A DNA stretch of 64,000 bases from contig CAIVPM010000035.1 in the NCBI GenBank assembly GCA_903907815.1, positions 3,776 through 67,775 of the forward strand, read 5' to 3'. This stretch comes from an uncultured Chitinophagaceae bacterium. Its GTDB lineage: Bacteria; Bacteroidota; Bacteroidia; Chitinophagales; Chitinophagaceae. The notes beneath the pieces are model-generated. The model made no database searches. It was not told the DNA's origin and saw nothing but the letters and a program-made list of their open reading frames with translations. Shown in pieces: positions 17,258 through 28,206 of the stretch. The position numbers and the translations under genes were made by a program. Position 1 is the first letter of the stretch. Each line of letters begins with the position of its first letter.

Positions 17258-20152
17258 CTACTTTATTTCTTTATAAATAGCCTCCAGTATTTCTCCTCTT
17301 AAATTCAGTTTATTCAATGCTGTATTTTTCCTATCGGGATAAGTGCGGTTACTCAGAAAAACATACACTAACTGATGTTCGGGATCTGCCCATACACAAG
17401 TGCCTGTAAAGCCTGTATGTCCAAAAGCGGAACTGGCTGCAGAGGCTGCAGGGTAATAGTCTGTACCTTCTGTATGGTGTAATTCTGGTTTATCAAAACC
17501 CAGGCCCCTTCTACTCCTTTTACTGTGATAGCCAGTAAAGTAATCTACTGTTGAAGGGGCTATATATTGTCGACCATTCCAGGAACCTTTGTTCAGCAGC
17601 ATCTGAAATAATATAGCAATATTATCTGCAGAGGAGAATAAGCCAGCATGACCAGCTGCTCCACCCATCATTGCGGCTCCTTCATCGTTTATATTGCCTT
17701 GCAAAACCTGCTTTCTAAACCAGTTATCTTTTTCTGAAGGAACAATATTTCCGACATAAAATTTATTAAGAGGATGATAGCCAATATTGTTGAGTTGCAT
17801 TAGTAAATAAAACTGCTGCAACACATATTCTTCCAGCGATTGATGGGTAATATTTTCCACTACTTTCCCCAGTAGAATAAAGTCGTTATCGCTATACACA
17901 TATTTACCTTTATTAACTAAAGGACTACTCATTATTCTTTGCAGCATAGTATCGCTCCAATCGGTTCTAAGGAATAGCTGATCAGCAACAGGAATACTAA
18001 AATACTTGCTATATTCTTTTCTAAAATAATCAGGTTTTACTGTACCTTTTATGGTATCCGTTATTTCTTTATAAAAAGGAATGAAAGACACTAAGCCAGC
18101 CTGATGTATCATTAAACTTCGTATAGTTAATCCTCCCTTATCTGTCTTGCGGGAAGCGGGTAAATAAACTGCAAGTGAATCATCCATATTAATCTTCTTC
18201 TCATCATACAACTTCATGATAGCAAGGGTTGTAGCGGCAACCTTTGTGATAGAAGCTACATCGTACAACTGATTGTTGCTAACAGGAATCTGATGTTCAT
18301 AATCGGTATAGCCATAGTTTTTCTGCAATACAATATTTCCCTTATGAATAGCCATCACAGTACAACCCGGGAATGCCTTTTCCGATAATCCTTTCTGAAC
18401 TATACTATCTATTATTATTGTATTGATTGGATTAGTAACAGCTTGCAATTCTTTAGCAACAATCCCTGTTCCTGCTTTCAAAGTATCATTAACAGAAACC
18501 GGTAATGTACCCTTCGGTTTTAAATAACCCAGTAATAATTGTCCTGCTACATTTTGTGTTACTTCATCATCTTCATAGCAAGCAATTATATTAGCTGCAT
18601 TACTAAAGTTCTTTATGCAATAAGGATTACCAAAAGCCACCATAATAGTATTGGCTTTTTGCGCCAACAAATGCATGGCATAAAGATTGCCAGATGGAAT
18701 ACTAAAGTTATTCGCAGGCCTTCTGCTATAATGATGTATGCCTGCAATTGTTTTTGTATAACCCAATTTGGAAATACTATCTATTAATTGAAAAGAATGA
18801 ATTGAATCGGTAGAGGTTGCAATATAAAATACATCCATATTAATCTTCGACTGCATGTATTTTGTAATAGCGTTTTCTGCACTTATTCCTACAGCTATAT
18901 AAGCAACTTTATCTTTAGCATTAACAGGCAATATTTCTGCTGTTTCCTGCTTTACTAACGTTATAGCATTGTTTGCTATTAGGGTATTTATATCAGCTGT
19001 GTTTTTATTTATATCTTCTACTAAATGATTGGTATCTATAGGTTCAAAATGATTCAGGTGCAGATTGTATTTAGCTAATAATATCTTCTTTACCCTCGCT
19101 TTAAATTCTTTCTTTTTTATAAGTCTTTTCTTTAGAGCGATCATTGTTTTCTGAATACTCCCTTCTATGTCGCCTGGCAGACAAAGCATATCGTTTCCTG
19201 CAATTAAAGATTGTACAGAAGCCTCTCCAGAAGGATAGAATTTTGTGATGCCTTTCATCTCCAGTCCATCGGTTACAGCAATCCCTTTAAAGCCCAGTTC
19301 ATTCTTCAATAATTCTGTTACATTGTTATAGGATAAAGATGTTGCTCTGTTAGCAGTTGTGTCGATAGAGGGAATGTATAAATGAGCATTCATAACACTG
19401 GCTACTCCTTCTTTAATAATTCTACGGAATGAATATAGCTCCAGAGAATCCAGCTGTGCACGGGTTTTATTAATCACTGGTAAATCCAGATGACTATCGA
19501 CTGCCACATCTCCATGTCCAGGAAAATGTTTAGCGCAAGCCATTACATTTTCATCCTGCAAGCCACGCATATATGCAGTAGCAAAACTGGCTACTTTATA
19601 CTTATTTTCTCCAAAGCTTCTATCGTTAATTACGGGATTGTCGGGATTGTTATTGACGTCGGCAACCGGAGCATAATTAACCTGTATTCCCAGTCTTTTA
19701 CATTGCTTGGCTACAGCCTTACCAAAGGCGTATACAATGTTGCTATCCTGCATAGCGCCGAGCATCATTTGTCGTGGAAAATTAACTACACTATCCAGTC
19801 GCATACCGAGTCCCCATTCTCCATCAATACAAACCATCAAAGGTGTTTTAGCTATCTTTTGATAGTAGTTGGTTAATACAGCTTCTCTAACAGGTCCGCC
19901 CTGAAAAAAGCATAGTCCACCTACATTGTATTTTTGAATAATCTGTGTTAGCTCATCTACATGTTCTTTGCCAAGATTACTATGTGCACGAACTACCATT
20001 AGTTGAGCAATACGTTCTTCTTTACTCAGTGATTTATACACACTATCCACCCAGCGTCGGGCAGGCTTATCATTAGCATAAAAATGCTGTGCGTTTAATG
20101 GTAGGGCAGTTACAATAAATAAGAAGAAAAGAAAACAATATCTATTTCTCAT
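17258..20152 (-). CDS. GH3 beta-N-acetylhexosaminidase (NagZ-like) fused to a beta-lactamase-family serine hydrolase domain
   Basis: Signal peptide. GH3 motifs KHFPGHGD and VTDGLEM. C-terminal half has the SxxK motif ASITK and a class-C/PBP-like fold pattern. Confidence 0.8.
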   Translation of the reverse strand: MRNRYCFLFFLFIVTALPLNAQHFYANDKPARRWVDSVYKSLSKEERIAQLMVVRAHSNLGKEHVDELTQIIQKYNVGGLCFFQGGPVREAVLTNYYQKIAKTPLMVCIDGEWGLGMRLDSVVNFPRQMMLGAMQDSNIVYAFGKAVAKQCKRLGIQVNYAPVADVNNNPDNPVINDRSFGENKYKVASFATAYMRGLQDENVMACAKHFPGHGDVAVDSHLDLPVINKTRAQLDSLELYSFRRIIKEGVASVMNAHLYIPSIDTTANRATSLSYNNVTELLKNELGFKGIAVTDGLEMKGITKFYPSGEASVQSLIAGNDMLCLPGDIEGSIQKTMIALKKRLIKKKEFKARVKKILLAKYNLHLNHFEPIDTNHLVEDINKNTADINTLIANNAITLVKQETAEILPVNAKDKVAYIAVGISAENAITKYMQSKINMDVFYIATSTDSIHSFQLIDSISKLGYTKTIAGIHHYSRRPANNFSIPSGNLYAMHLLAQKANTIMVAFGNPYCIKNFSNAANIIACYEDDEVTQNVAGQLLLGYLKPKGTLPVSVNDTLKAGTGIVAKELQAVTNPINTIIIDSIVQKGLSEKAFPGCTVMAIHKGNIVLQKNYGYTDYEHQIPVSNNQLYDVASITKVAATTLAIMKLYDEKKINMDDSLAVYLPASRKTDKGGLTIRSLMIHQAGLVSFIPFYKEITDTIKGTVKPDYFRKEYSKYFSIPVADQLFLRTDWSDTMLQRIMSSPLVNKGKYVYSDNDFILLGKVVENITHQSLEEYVLQQFYLLMQLNNIGYHPLNKFYVGNIVPSEKDNWFRKQVLQGNINDEGAAMMGGAAGHAGLFSSADNIAILFQMLLNKGSWNGRQYIAPSTVDYFTGYHSKRSRRGLGFDKPELHHTEGTDYYPAASAASSAFGHTGFTGTCVWADPEHQLVYVFLSNRTYPDRKNTALNKLNLRGEILEAIYKEIK

Positions 20153-20232
20153 GTGAGTGATTTATTACAACAAAGTAAAGAAGGAAGCGGTATTTAAATA
20201 AAGATGTGAATAGAAAATAGTAACCCCAAAAC

Positions 20233-22689
20233 CTATTCCTCTATATATACTCTTTTTACCCTTTGACTAATTCCAGTAAGTATTTCGTAGGCAATGGTAT
20301 TACATTCTTTAGCCACCTCTTCTACCCTTATATTTTTACCAAATACTTCTACGGTATCGCCTTCTGCTATATCCGGAACATCGGTAACATCTATCATGGT
20401 CATATCCATACATACATTGCCAATAACAGGTACTTTTTTATTGCGGACTAATACAAATCCAACGCCGTTTCCCATTCTTCTGCTATAGCCATCGGCATAG
20501 CCAATACGAATGGTAGCAATGCGGCTTTCTTTATCTACAGTTCCTCTGCGATTATAGCCAACAGTTTCGCCTGCCTGTATAGTTCTTATTTGTGCAACAG
20601 TGGTCTTCAAGGAGGCCACATTCTCCAGACTTACAGTAGGTAAGGAGGCAGAATCTACTCCATATAAACCTATCCCCAGCCGAACCATATTATACTGATA
20701 TCCCGGATGTCGGAAAATAGCAGCAGAGTTAGCTACATGCTTTATAAAACTATACCCTATAATGTTTTTAAGAGTACTGCAGAAGCCATCAAATAAATAC
20801 GTTTGATGGGCTGTATAGTCATCCATAGATCCATCCTCGCTTGCTGCAAGATGACTAAAGGCGGACTGTACCACCATCGTTTTTCTTTCTACCAATTGTT
20901 TGCCAAACGCTACTGCATCCAGATGTTCGAAACCCAGGCGATTCATACCTGTATTAATCTTTATATGAATAGGATGCTGCTTAATACCCTGTCTTAATAA
21001 ATAAGCATGGAAGGCATTGTATATATTGAAAGAATAGATCTCTGGCTCCAGATTATTTTCTACTATTGCATCAAAGGCTTCTTCGTCTGCATTCATTACC
21101 ATAATGGGTAAACTGATGCCTGCTTTGCGCAATTCTACCCCTTCATCTGCGTAAGCAACTGCCAGATAATCTACCTTATGATATTGCAATACTCTCGCTA
21201 CTTCCGAGCTGCCGCTACCATAGCCATAAGCTTTTACCATAGCCATAAGTTTGGTTGAGGGCAACAAATGTTGCTGGTATATTTTTAAGTTCTTTACTAA
21301 TGCAGATAAGTTTATTTCCAGTACGGTCTGATGTACTTTCTGACTTAGTTTATTGGCTATCCTTTCAAATTCAAAAACCCTTGCTCCTTTCAGCAAGATA
21401 TATTCATCCTTAAAGTGATGGGTTGTTGTTTGACGAAGAAAGTTTTCGGTTGAGGAATATAATTCCACTTTGGGCACAGCTGCCTGAAAAAGGTATAGTG
21501 CTTTATTGATATGTTTTCCTACTGCTACCAGCCTGTCGACACCTCGCTGTTCCAGTGCCGCTGCTACCTGTTTGTACAAGGCCATATCATCCACACCAGA
21601 TTGAAATATATCGGACAGTATTACAGTCGTTTTTGCATTACCAGATTGTTGTTTCAGATAGTCGAGCGCTATGCTTAGCGAAGAGATATCGTTGCTATAA
21701 CTATCATTAATCAGGAAACAATTATTAACCCCCGTCTTCAACTGCAAACGCATTTCAACACTCTTCAGTAACTGCAGTTTAGACTCAATTGTTTTAATAT
21801 CGTAACTCAACAATACCATCAAAGCAATACAGGTTACCGCATTGCTGATAGAGGCATCATCACTAAACGGAATGGTGATATCGAAAGGGTGTTGCTGATA
21901 TACAATTGTCAACCCTGTTTTAGTTGATTTCTTTTCTACTGAAGTAATATATATTTCTGCAGCAGCGTTTGTAAAGCTCCAGGTAAATTGTTTGGAAGTA
22001 ATGGCAGTAACGGGGATAACACCATATTCTGCTACTACATATTCTGCCTCGGAGAAAAGCTTAATTTTTTCTGATAGTTTTTCTTGTTCATCTTTAAAAC
22101 CCTCGCTATGTGCCGATCCTATATTGGTTAATATTCCAATGTTGGGTCTTATTACCGACTCCAGCGTGGCCATTTCGTTTAAAGTTGAAATACCGGCCTC
22201 AAAAATGGCTAATGTATGCTGATGGTTCATCTCCCATACACTTAATGGAACCCCAATTTGAGAGTTGTAACTCCTTGGGCTACGTATTATTTTATAATCT
22301 TCTTCCAGTAATTCGTTCAACCATTCTTTTACAATAGTCTTTCCGTTACTACCGGTAATACCAATTACGGGATAATCAAATTCTGCACGATGATGAGCTG
22401 CCAATTCCTGCAGAGATTCCAATACATCATCAACCAATAGAAAAACCGCTTCTGGAAAGGCTTTGTAGTCAAATCCTTTTTCTACTACAAAACATCTTAC
22501 CCTTCTTTCGTATACTTCTTCTATAAATTCCTGTCCGTTTCTACGGGCACTTTTAAGTGCGAAGAATAAAGAAGATTTTGGTAAGATAATCTTACGGCTA
22601 TCGGTGAGTAAGTGATCGATAATCACCTCACTCTGTGCCGACATTTCAGCACCTGTTATAGCAGCTATTTGTTTAATTGTATAAGACAA
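20233..22689 (-). CDS. bifunctional MurF (UDP-MurNAc-pentapeptide synthetase) / alanine racemase fusion
   Basis: N-terminal Mur ligase (GITGSNGKT). C-terminal Alr (AMVKAYGYGSG PLP-Lys motif, ...GYADGY). Confidence 0.85.
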   Translation of the reverse strand: MSYTIKQIAAITGAEMSAQSEVIIDHLLTDSRKIILPKSSLFFALKSARRNGQEFIEEVYERRVRCFVVEKGFDYKAFPEAVFLLVDDVLESLQELAAHHRAEFDYPVIGITGSNGKTIVKEWLNELLEEDYKIIRSPRSYNSQIGVPLSVWEMNHQHTLAIFEAGISTLNEMATLESVIRPNIGILTNIGSAHSEGFKDEQEKLSEKIKLFSEAEYVVAEYGVIPVTAITSKQFTWSFTNAAAEIYITSVEKKSTKTGLTIVYQQHPFDITIPFSDDASISNAVTCIALMVLLSYDIKTIESKLQLLKSVEMRLQLKTGVNNCFLINDSYSNDISSLSIALDYLKQQSGNAKTTVILSDIFQSGVDDMALYKQVAAALEQRGVDRLVAVGKHINKALYLFQAAVPKVELYSSTENFLRQTTTHHFKDEYILLKGARVFEFERIANKLSQKVHQTVLEINLSALVKNLKIYQQHLLPSTKLMAMVKAYGYGSGSSEVARVLQYHKVDYLAVAYADEGVELRKAGISLPIMVMNADEEAFDAIVENNLEPEIYSFNIYNAFHAYLLRQGIKQHPIHIKINTGMNRLGFEHLDAVAFGKQLVERKTMVVQSAFSHLAASEDGSMDDYTAHQTYLFDGFCSTLKNIIGYSFIKHVANSAAIFRHPGYQYNMVRLGIGLYGVDSASLPTVSLENVASLKTTVAQIRTIQAGETVGYNRRGTVDKESRIATIRIGYADGYSRRMGNGVGFVLVRNKKVPVIGNVCMDMTMIDVTDVPDIAEGDTVEVFGKNIRVEEVAKECNTIAYEILTGISQRVKRVYIEE

Positions 22690-22831
22690 ATCAGTAGTAT
22701 TAATATTTTATGGAGTTGACTATCAACCGGCATCAAAAGTATTATATAACTGAACAAAAAATAAATGCTGTACAATTATCTTTAATAAAATAGTTTAAAC
22801 ATTAGTTTTACAACCTAAATAAGTACCATAA

Positions 22832-24175
22832 ATGTCTTCTATAATCATCAAGAACGCCACTATTGTAAATGAAGGAACTCAATTTCTGGGCGATATTCTT
22901 ATTAAAGACCAGCGGATTGAGAAAATAGGAACAGGATTGCAAACCAAGGGAGCTGCTACCGAAATAGATGCTAATGGTTTATTACTCCTACCGGGTGTGA
23001 TAGACGATCAGGTGCATTTTAGAGAGCCGGGATTAACCCATAAGGCCACAATTTTTACAGAATCCAGGGCTGCGGTGGCGGGTGGTGTTACTTCTTTTAT
23101 GGAAATGCCCAATACCAATCCTCCGGTGTTTACGCAGGCTTTACTGGAAGATAAATATACTATTGGTAAACATACCTCTCTGGCTAATTATTCCTTTTTT
23201 ATGGGTACCTCCAATGATAATTATGACGAGGTAATGCGTACCAATGAAAAGAAGGAAGAGGTGTGTGGGATAAAGATATTTATGGGTTCCTCTACCGGCA
23301 ATTTATTAGTGGACAATGCATTAGTGTTGGAAAGAATATTTGAAGGAAGCGAATTACTGATCGCTACGCACTGTGAGGAAGAGGCTATTATAAAAAGCAA
23401 CTATCAACAACTAAAAGCTAATAAGGAAATACTGGAGCCTTCCGATCATCCAATTATCAGAAACGACGAAGCCTGTTTTGAATCTTCTTTGAAGGCTATA
23501 CAGTTTGCACATAAGTTTGGTACCCGTTTGCATATTCTGCATATTACTAGCGAAAAGGAGTTGCAGTTATTTAGTAATATGTTGCCTTTAAAAGACAAAA
23601 GAATTACTGCCGAAGTGTGTGTGCATCATTTACATTTTACGGCCGATGATTATGCCCTACTTGGTAATCAGATAAAATGTAATCCAGCTATTAAAGCGTC
23701 CCATAACAGAACCGCTTTGTGGACAGCGCTGAATGATGATCGCCTGGATATTATAGCTACCGATCATGCGCCACATACCTGGGAAGAAAAGCAACATGCA
23801 TACGAGCAGGCACATGCAGGGTTGCCGCTGGTACAGCACTCTTTACAGTTGATGTTGCAATATGTAGCGGATGGAAAAATAAGCATCGAAAAAGTAGTTC
23901 ACAAGATGAGTCATGCCGTAGCTACCTGTTTTCAGATAAAGGAACGAGGGTTTATAAGAGAAGGATATTTTGCCGATCTGGTATTGGTTAATCCTAATAA
24001 ACCCTATACCGTAACTAAAGATAATATACTGTATAAATGTGGCTGGAGTCCTTTAGAAAACACGCGGTTTAATGCTTCTATTGAAAAGACTTTTGTAAAC
24101 GGACATATAGTTTATGGAAATAATGTAGTGGATGAATCTAAGAAGGGAGAGAGACTACAATTTGATAGAAGATAA
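22832..24175 (+). CDS. pyrC: dihydroorotase (multifunctional-complex type)
   Basis: Amidohydrolase motifs PGVIDDQVHFREPG and ATDHAPH. Length 447 aa. Confidence 0.75.
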   Translation: MSSIIIKNATIVNEGTQFLGDILIKDQRIEKIGTGLQTKGAATEIDANGLLLLPGVIDDQVHFREPGLTHKATIFTESRAAVAGGVTSFMEMPNTNPPVFTQALLEDKYTIGKHTSLANYSFFMGTSNDNYDEVMRTNEKKEEVCGIKIFMGSSTGNLLVDNALVLERIFEGSELLIATHCEEEAIIKSNYQQLKANKEILEPSDHPIIRNDEACFESSLKAIQFAHKFGTRLHILHITSEKELQLFSNMLPLKDKRITAEVCVHHLHFTADDYALLGNQIKCNPAIKASHNRTALWTALNDDRLDIIATDHAPHTWEEKQHAYEQAHAGLPLVQHSLQLMLQYVADGKISIEKVVHKMSHAVATCFQIKERGFIREGYFADLVLVNPNKPYTVTKDNILYKCGWSPLENTRFNASIEKTFVNGHIVYGNNVVDESKKGERLQFDRR

Positions 24176-24217
24176 TTACCAGTAACACTAAAACGCTTTG
24201 AGATTTAAATGTAAAAA

Positions 24218-25528
24218 ATGCAGATAGACCAAACCACATTATACGACCTTTCTATCTTTCATGCAGATGAAACACAATCTGTATTTCATCATTTAAACCA
24301 TACTCAAACCGTTAATGGTCGTCACTTTCTGGCGCAGATTCTCACCAATCCTTTACAATCTGTAGCGGCAATAAATGATGTGCAGCAAACTATTAAACAC
24401 CTGCAGGAAATAGGACCTAAGCTTCCGGTAACTATTACCAACGGCACCTTAATGGTTATTGAAAAGTTTTACGAAACAGGGCTCGATGCTTTGCCGGATA
24501 ATGCCAACATTATCAATGCTTTTTTCTATAAGCTAATTAGTAAGCCAGATTTTTCTTTAGCAAAATACTCAGTAAATCATTTTATTACCTTCATAAGAGG
24601 GATGAAAGAAATAGAGGAGCTTTTATTGCAATCGGAGGGTACACAACTTCGTACCTGGGGAGATAAAATAAACCTTTTACTAAAGCACCCCAATGTACAG
24701 CAGATGATTGCATCTACCGATATGCTCGCCAGCTGGGAAATATTACATTATGCATTCTTTTTACAGAAAGAGTATAAAAACAAGTGCAAAGAATTAATAG
24801 ATATTTATAGCAGGATAGATGCTTATTTAAGTCTGGCTATTTCCTGTAAAAAGTATGGGTATTATTTCCCCAGTGTTATGGATAGTAATACCCCTAATAT
24901 TACTTTGCAGGGGCTGTATCATCCACTCTTAACATCGCCAGTAGATTATGATACTATGCTGGATGATACGCATAATTTTCTATTTCTTACAGGCGCCAAT
25001 ATGGCGGGTAAAAGCACCTTAATTAAAGCCATTGGTATTGCGGTATATCTGGCACATATTGGCATGGCGGTTCCTGCCCGTTATATGAAAATAAGTTTGC
25101 TGGATGGATTGTTGAGTAACATTCAGGTATCGGATAATATTGTAAAAGGCGAAAGCTATTTTTATAATGAAGTGAAGCGCATCAAACAAACTATTGAGAA
25201 AATAAGTGATGGTAAAAAATGGCTGATTCTGATAGATGAATTATTTAAAGGAACCAACGTACAGGATGCTATGAAGTGCAGCACGGTAGTAATAGAAGGC
25301 TTCTGCAAAATGAGCAAGGCTTTATTTGTGCTCTCTACCCATTTATACGAGATTGGTTATAGCTTACACGAACAAAGCAATATACAGTTTCGCTACTTCG
25401 AAACCTCTATTGAAAACAATGAACTACAATTTAGTTATCAGTTAAAAGAAGGCATTAGCAACGATAGACTTGGCTACCTTATTATGGAAAAAGAAGGCGT
25501 AGTAAAGTTGTTGCAGGAAGCAAAATAG
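24218..25528 (+). CDS. MutS-related protein (ATPase domain V only)
   Basis: Walker A GANMAGKSTLIKAIG and Walker B LILIDELFKGTN. There is no mismatch-binding N-terminal domain. Confidence 0.7.
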   Translation: MQIDQTTLYDLSIFHADETQSVFHHLNHTQTVNGRHFLAQILTNPLQSVAAINDVQQTIKHLQEIGPKLPVTITNGTLMVIEKFYETGLDALPDNANIINAFFYKLISKPDFSLAKYSVNHFITFIRGMKEIEELLLQSEGTQLRTWGDKINLLLKHPNVQQMIASTDMLASWEILHYAFFLQKEYKNKCKELIDIYSRIDAYLSLAISCKKYGYYFPSVMDSNTPNITLQGLYHPLLTSPVDYDTMLDDTHNFLFLTGANMAGKSTLIKAIGIAVYLAHIGMAVPARYMKISLLDGLLSNIQVSDNIVKGESYFYNEVKRIKQTIEKISDGKKWLILIDELFKGTNVQDAMKCSTVVIEGFCKMSKALFVLSTHLYEIGYSLHEQSNIQFRYFETSIENNELQFSYQLKEGISNDRLGYLIMEKEGVVKLLQEAK

Positions 25529-25599
25529 TTATTAACTGACCTTACGCAAGTGTATCAACAATCTACATCAACTATATAACTGAAACAGTTTATATTCAA

Positions 25600-25790
25600 T
25601 GAGTGATGTATTAAACAGCTTGCTGTTCTCTGCGTTCTCTGTATTTGTATTCATTATCACATTATCAAATCATCAATTATCTGATTAGAAAGAATTCTCT
25701 GCGTCCTTTGCGTAACTGTATTTGTATTATAATTTTCTCTGTGTTCCTCAGTGTCGTCAGTGTCTCTGTGGTTCAAATGTATTCAACCAA
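25600..25790. repeat. mosaic intergenic repeat, three same-orientation cores
   Basis: TGTATTTGTATTC at 25640-25652, TGTATTTGTATT at 25717-25728 and AAATGTATTC at 25775-25784. These are interleaved with CTCTGCG/CTCTGTG words and ATTATCA words. Confidence 0.85.
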
Positions 25791-25847
25791 AGTTATTTCA
25801 CCGGAAAACATCAGCCCCTGATTTAATACGCTGCGTAACATCAGTTA

Positions 25848-26996
25848 TTAATTAATACTGCCCATCTTCAAACATACCGGACTACCCACCAGTATATCTT
25901 TACCCGTATTCATCAGTAATCCGCTGTGTTGATCTCTTTTAAATACGGCTATATTATTCGATTGCTGATGTCCTACCAATACATAATTTCCCGAAGGATC
26001 GATGGTAAAGTTTCTGGGCATAATACCGCCGGAAGGCAATACCTGTAATAGTTTAAGCTTTCCGGTATTTTCGCTTACTGCATAGGTGGCAATGGTATTG
26101 TAGCGCCCTCTGTTGGTAGCATATAAAAATTTATTGTCTGCAGATATATGAATATCAGCACAGCCTTTATCTTTATTATCGGTGCTATCGGTACTAATAG
26201 TTTGTATACGTTTTGCAGTATTGCCAGTAAAAGAATAAACATCGATGGTGCCACTTAGCTCATTAATAATGTAGGCGTTTTTGTTGCTGGTATTAAAGGC
26301 AATATGTCTTGGTCCATTCCCTGCTGTGCTTTGCAGTACTATACTGTGGAGCGTATCTAAAGGGTTCTTTTTATTGGTGGCATTAAACGGGTAAGCAATT
26401 ATTTTATCGGTACCTAAATCGGTTGTAAAAAGATATTGTTCATCGGTAGAAAAGATGGCGGTATGAACATGTGGTTCCTGCTGACGATCTTTTACAATGC
26501 TACTGCCAGCGTGTTGTATAAACTGTTGTACCGTATCCATACTACCATCTTTATGTACACCAAAAGCAGAAAGACTACCCCCTTTATAATTAGCCGTAAA
26601 AACCCATTTGTTTTGTTTGTCAACGGTAATATAACATGGTCCAGCCCCTTTAGTTATTTGCGTATTTATCAGAGATAGTTTGCCACTATGTTTATCAAAA
26701 GTATAAGCAGTGGCAGCACTGATATTATTGTCGCCTCCTTCTTTTACAGCGTACACAAACTCTTCTTTATTACTAACGGTTAAATAAGACGGGTTATTTG
26801 TTTTTGCTGCAGCTACCAGTTTTGCGGTACCACTATCTGCATTAAACTGATAACTATAAATTCCTTCACTCGTTCCCTTAGTATAGGTACCTACCAGTAA
26901 ATAATAGCTGTTTTTCTGCGCGCTTACAACAAAAGATATTAAGCAACTAAAAGCAATTAATACTATACGCATAAGTCTGATATTAATGTTATACAA
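25848..26996 (-). CDS. lactonase, 7-bladed beta-propeller (6-phosphogluconolactonase-like)
   Basis: Signal peptide, repeated propeller blades, GNGPRHIAF motif. Confidence 0.7.
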   Translation of the reverse strand: MYNINIRLMRIVLIAFSCLISFVVSAQKNSYYLLVGTYTKGTSEGIYSYQFNADSGTAKLVAAAKTNNPSYLTVSNKEEFVYAVKEGGDNNISAATAYTFDKHSGKLSLINTQITKGAGPCYITVDKQNKWVFTANYKGGSLSAFGVHKDGSMDTVQQFIQHAGSSIVKDRQQEPHVHTAIFSTDEQYLFTTDLGTDKIIAYPFNATNKKNPLDTLHSIVLQSTAGNGPRHIAFNTSNKNAYIINELSGTIDVYSFTGNTAKRIQTISTDSTDNKDKGCADIHISADNKFLYATNRGRYNTIATYAVSENTGKLKLLQVLPSGGIMPRNFTIDPSGNYVLVGHQQSNNIAVFKRDQHSGLLMNTGKDILVGSPVCLKMGSIN

Positions 26997-27510
26997 TAGG
27001 AGTTTCGAAATGCACTTCTGTCTTCAGCGCTTCCATTACATTATATATAATGGGGCATCTATCGTAGTGCATAAAAATAGTAAACAATCTGTCTTGTACT
27101 GCTGGTAAATGAAGCGCAGGAAATTCTCTGCAACCAGCAAAACGATTGTCGTAAATAGTACATTTATTATCCGCTAAAAAATGACAAGGCATAGCACTCA
27201 TCAGCATCTTACCCGACAAGCTTTTTTCTACATAAGCATCATCAAAGTCCTCGCGCGATATTGCCAGAAACCCTGCAGCCGCATCGGCTTCGGCAGTATT
27301 CAATCCTATCATCAACGATTTGCAACAATTACCACATTGGGTACAATCTATAGCGGGGGTAATTTTCAGTTCCAGTCTTTGCACTGCAGCATCCAGCTCC
27401 TGCGAATTCAGCTTTTTCAATAGCGTTATAAAGGCTGCATTCTCCTGTTCTTTTGCAGCAGTATCCTTTGCTATAGTATCTAAGTTTGTTTCCAGAATGG
27501 GTAACTGCAT
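26989..27510 (-). CDS. YkgJ-family cysteine-cluster protein
   Basis: CTQCGNCC motif plus downstream Cys (PCHF, CTIY, CREF, CP). Confidence 0.6.
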   Translation of the reverse strand: MQLPILETNLDTIAKDTAAKEQENAAFITLLKKLNSQELDAAVQRLELKITPAIDCTQCGNCCKSLMIGLNTAEADAAAGFLAISREDFDDAYVEKSLSGKMLMSAMPCHFLADNKCTIYDNRFAGCREFPALHLPAVQDRLFTIFMHYDRCPIIYNVMEALKTEVHFETPIV

Positions 27511-27593
27511 AAAGCTATTTATTCAAAAGTAATGGCAATAATTTCAAATCAAAATATTTATGGTATTATTGTGTCTGTATATAATTCTATTTT

Positions 27594-28130
27594 ATGGCAC
27601 TTATCCTTCCTGTATTAGATAAAAGTCCACAGTTTGGCACCAATTGTTTTGTAGCGCCCAATGCCACTATTGTTGGCGATGTAACCATGGGCAACGATTG
27701 TAGTATCTGGTTTAATGCCGTTGTACGTGGCGATGTAAACTTTATTAAAATTGGCAACAAAGTAAACATTCAGGATGGGGTGGTTATTCATTGTACCTAC
27801 CAGAAGAATGGCACTACTATTGGCAACAATGTATCGCTTGGGCACAATGCCATTGTACATGGCTGCACCATTCACGATAATGTGCTGGTGGGTATGGGTT
27901 CTATTGTTATGGACAGGTGTGTAGTGCACAGCAACTCTATTATTGCTGCTGGTTCGGTAGTGCTGGAAGGGACTATTGTAGAAGCTGGTACTATTTATGC
28001 AGGCATTCCTGCTAAGAAAGTAAAGGATATTTCACAGGAAAAAATTCATGGAGAAATAGATAGAATCGCCAACAATTATCTGCATTATTCTACCTGGTTT
28101 CAGGATAGTAATGCACTATCTACCAAATAA
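27594..28130 (+). CDS. gamma-class carbonic anhydrase family protein (hexapeptide repeat)
   Basis: Left-handed beta-helix repeats. Typical FVAPNATIVGDV...IWFNAVVRGD and HGCTI motifs. Confidence 0.85.
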   Translation: MALILPVLDKSPQFGTNCFVAPNATIVGDVTMGNDCSIWFNAVVRGDVNFIKIGNKVNIQDGVVIHCTYQKNGTTIGNNVSLGHNAIVHGCTIHDNVLVGMGSIVMDRCVVHSNSIIAAGSVVLEGTIVEAGTIYAGIPAKKVKDISQEKIHGEIDRIANNYLHYSTWFQDSNALSTK

Positions 28131-28206
28131 AAAATGCAGTAGTATTGTATACAATAGCCTTTGCTATAATATTAATACTACTGCACTACAATAAGAAAAC
28201 AGCGGA

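Noticed and set aside
24218-25528. MutS-related ATPase as a defence or novel system component
   Set aside because: Domain-V-only MutS paralogs are, as far as I recall, common housekeeping-context genes in Bacteroidota. Its neighbours (pyrC, lactonase) give no system context.
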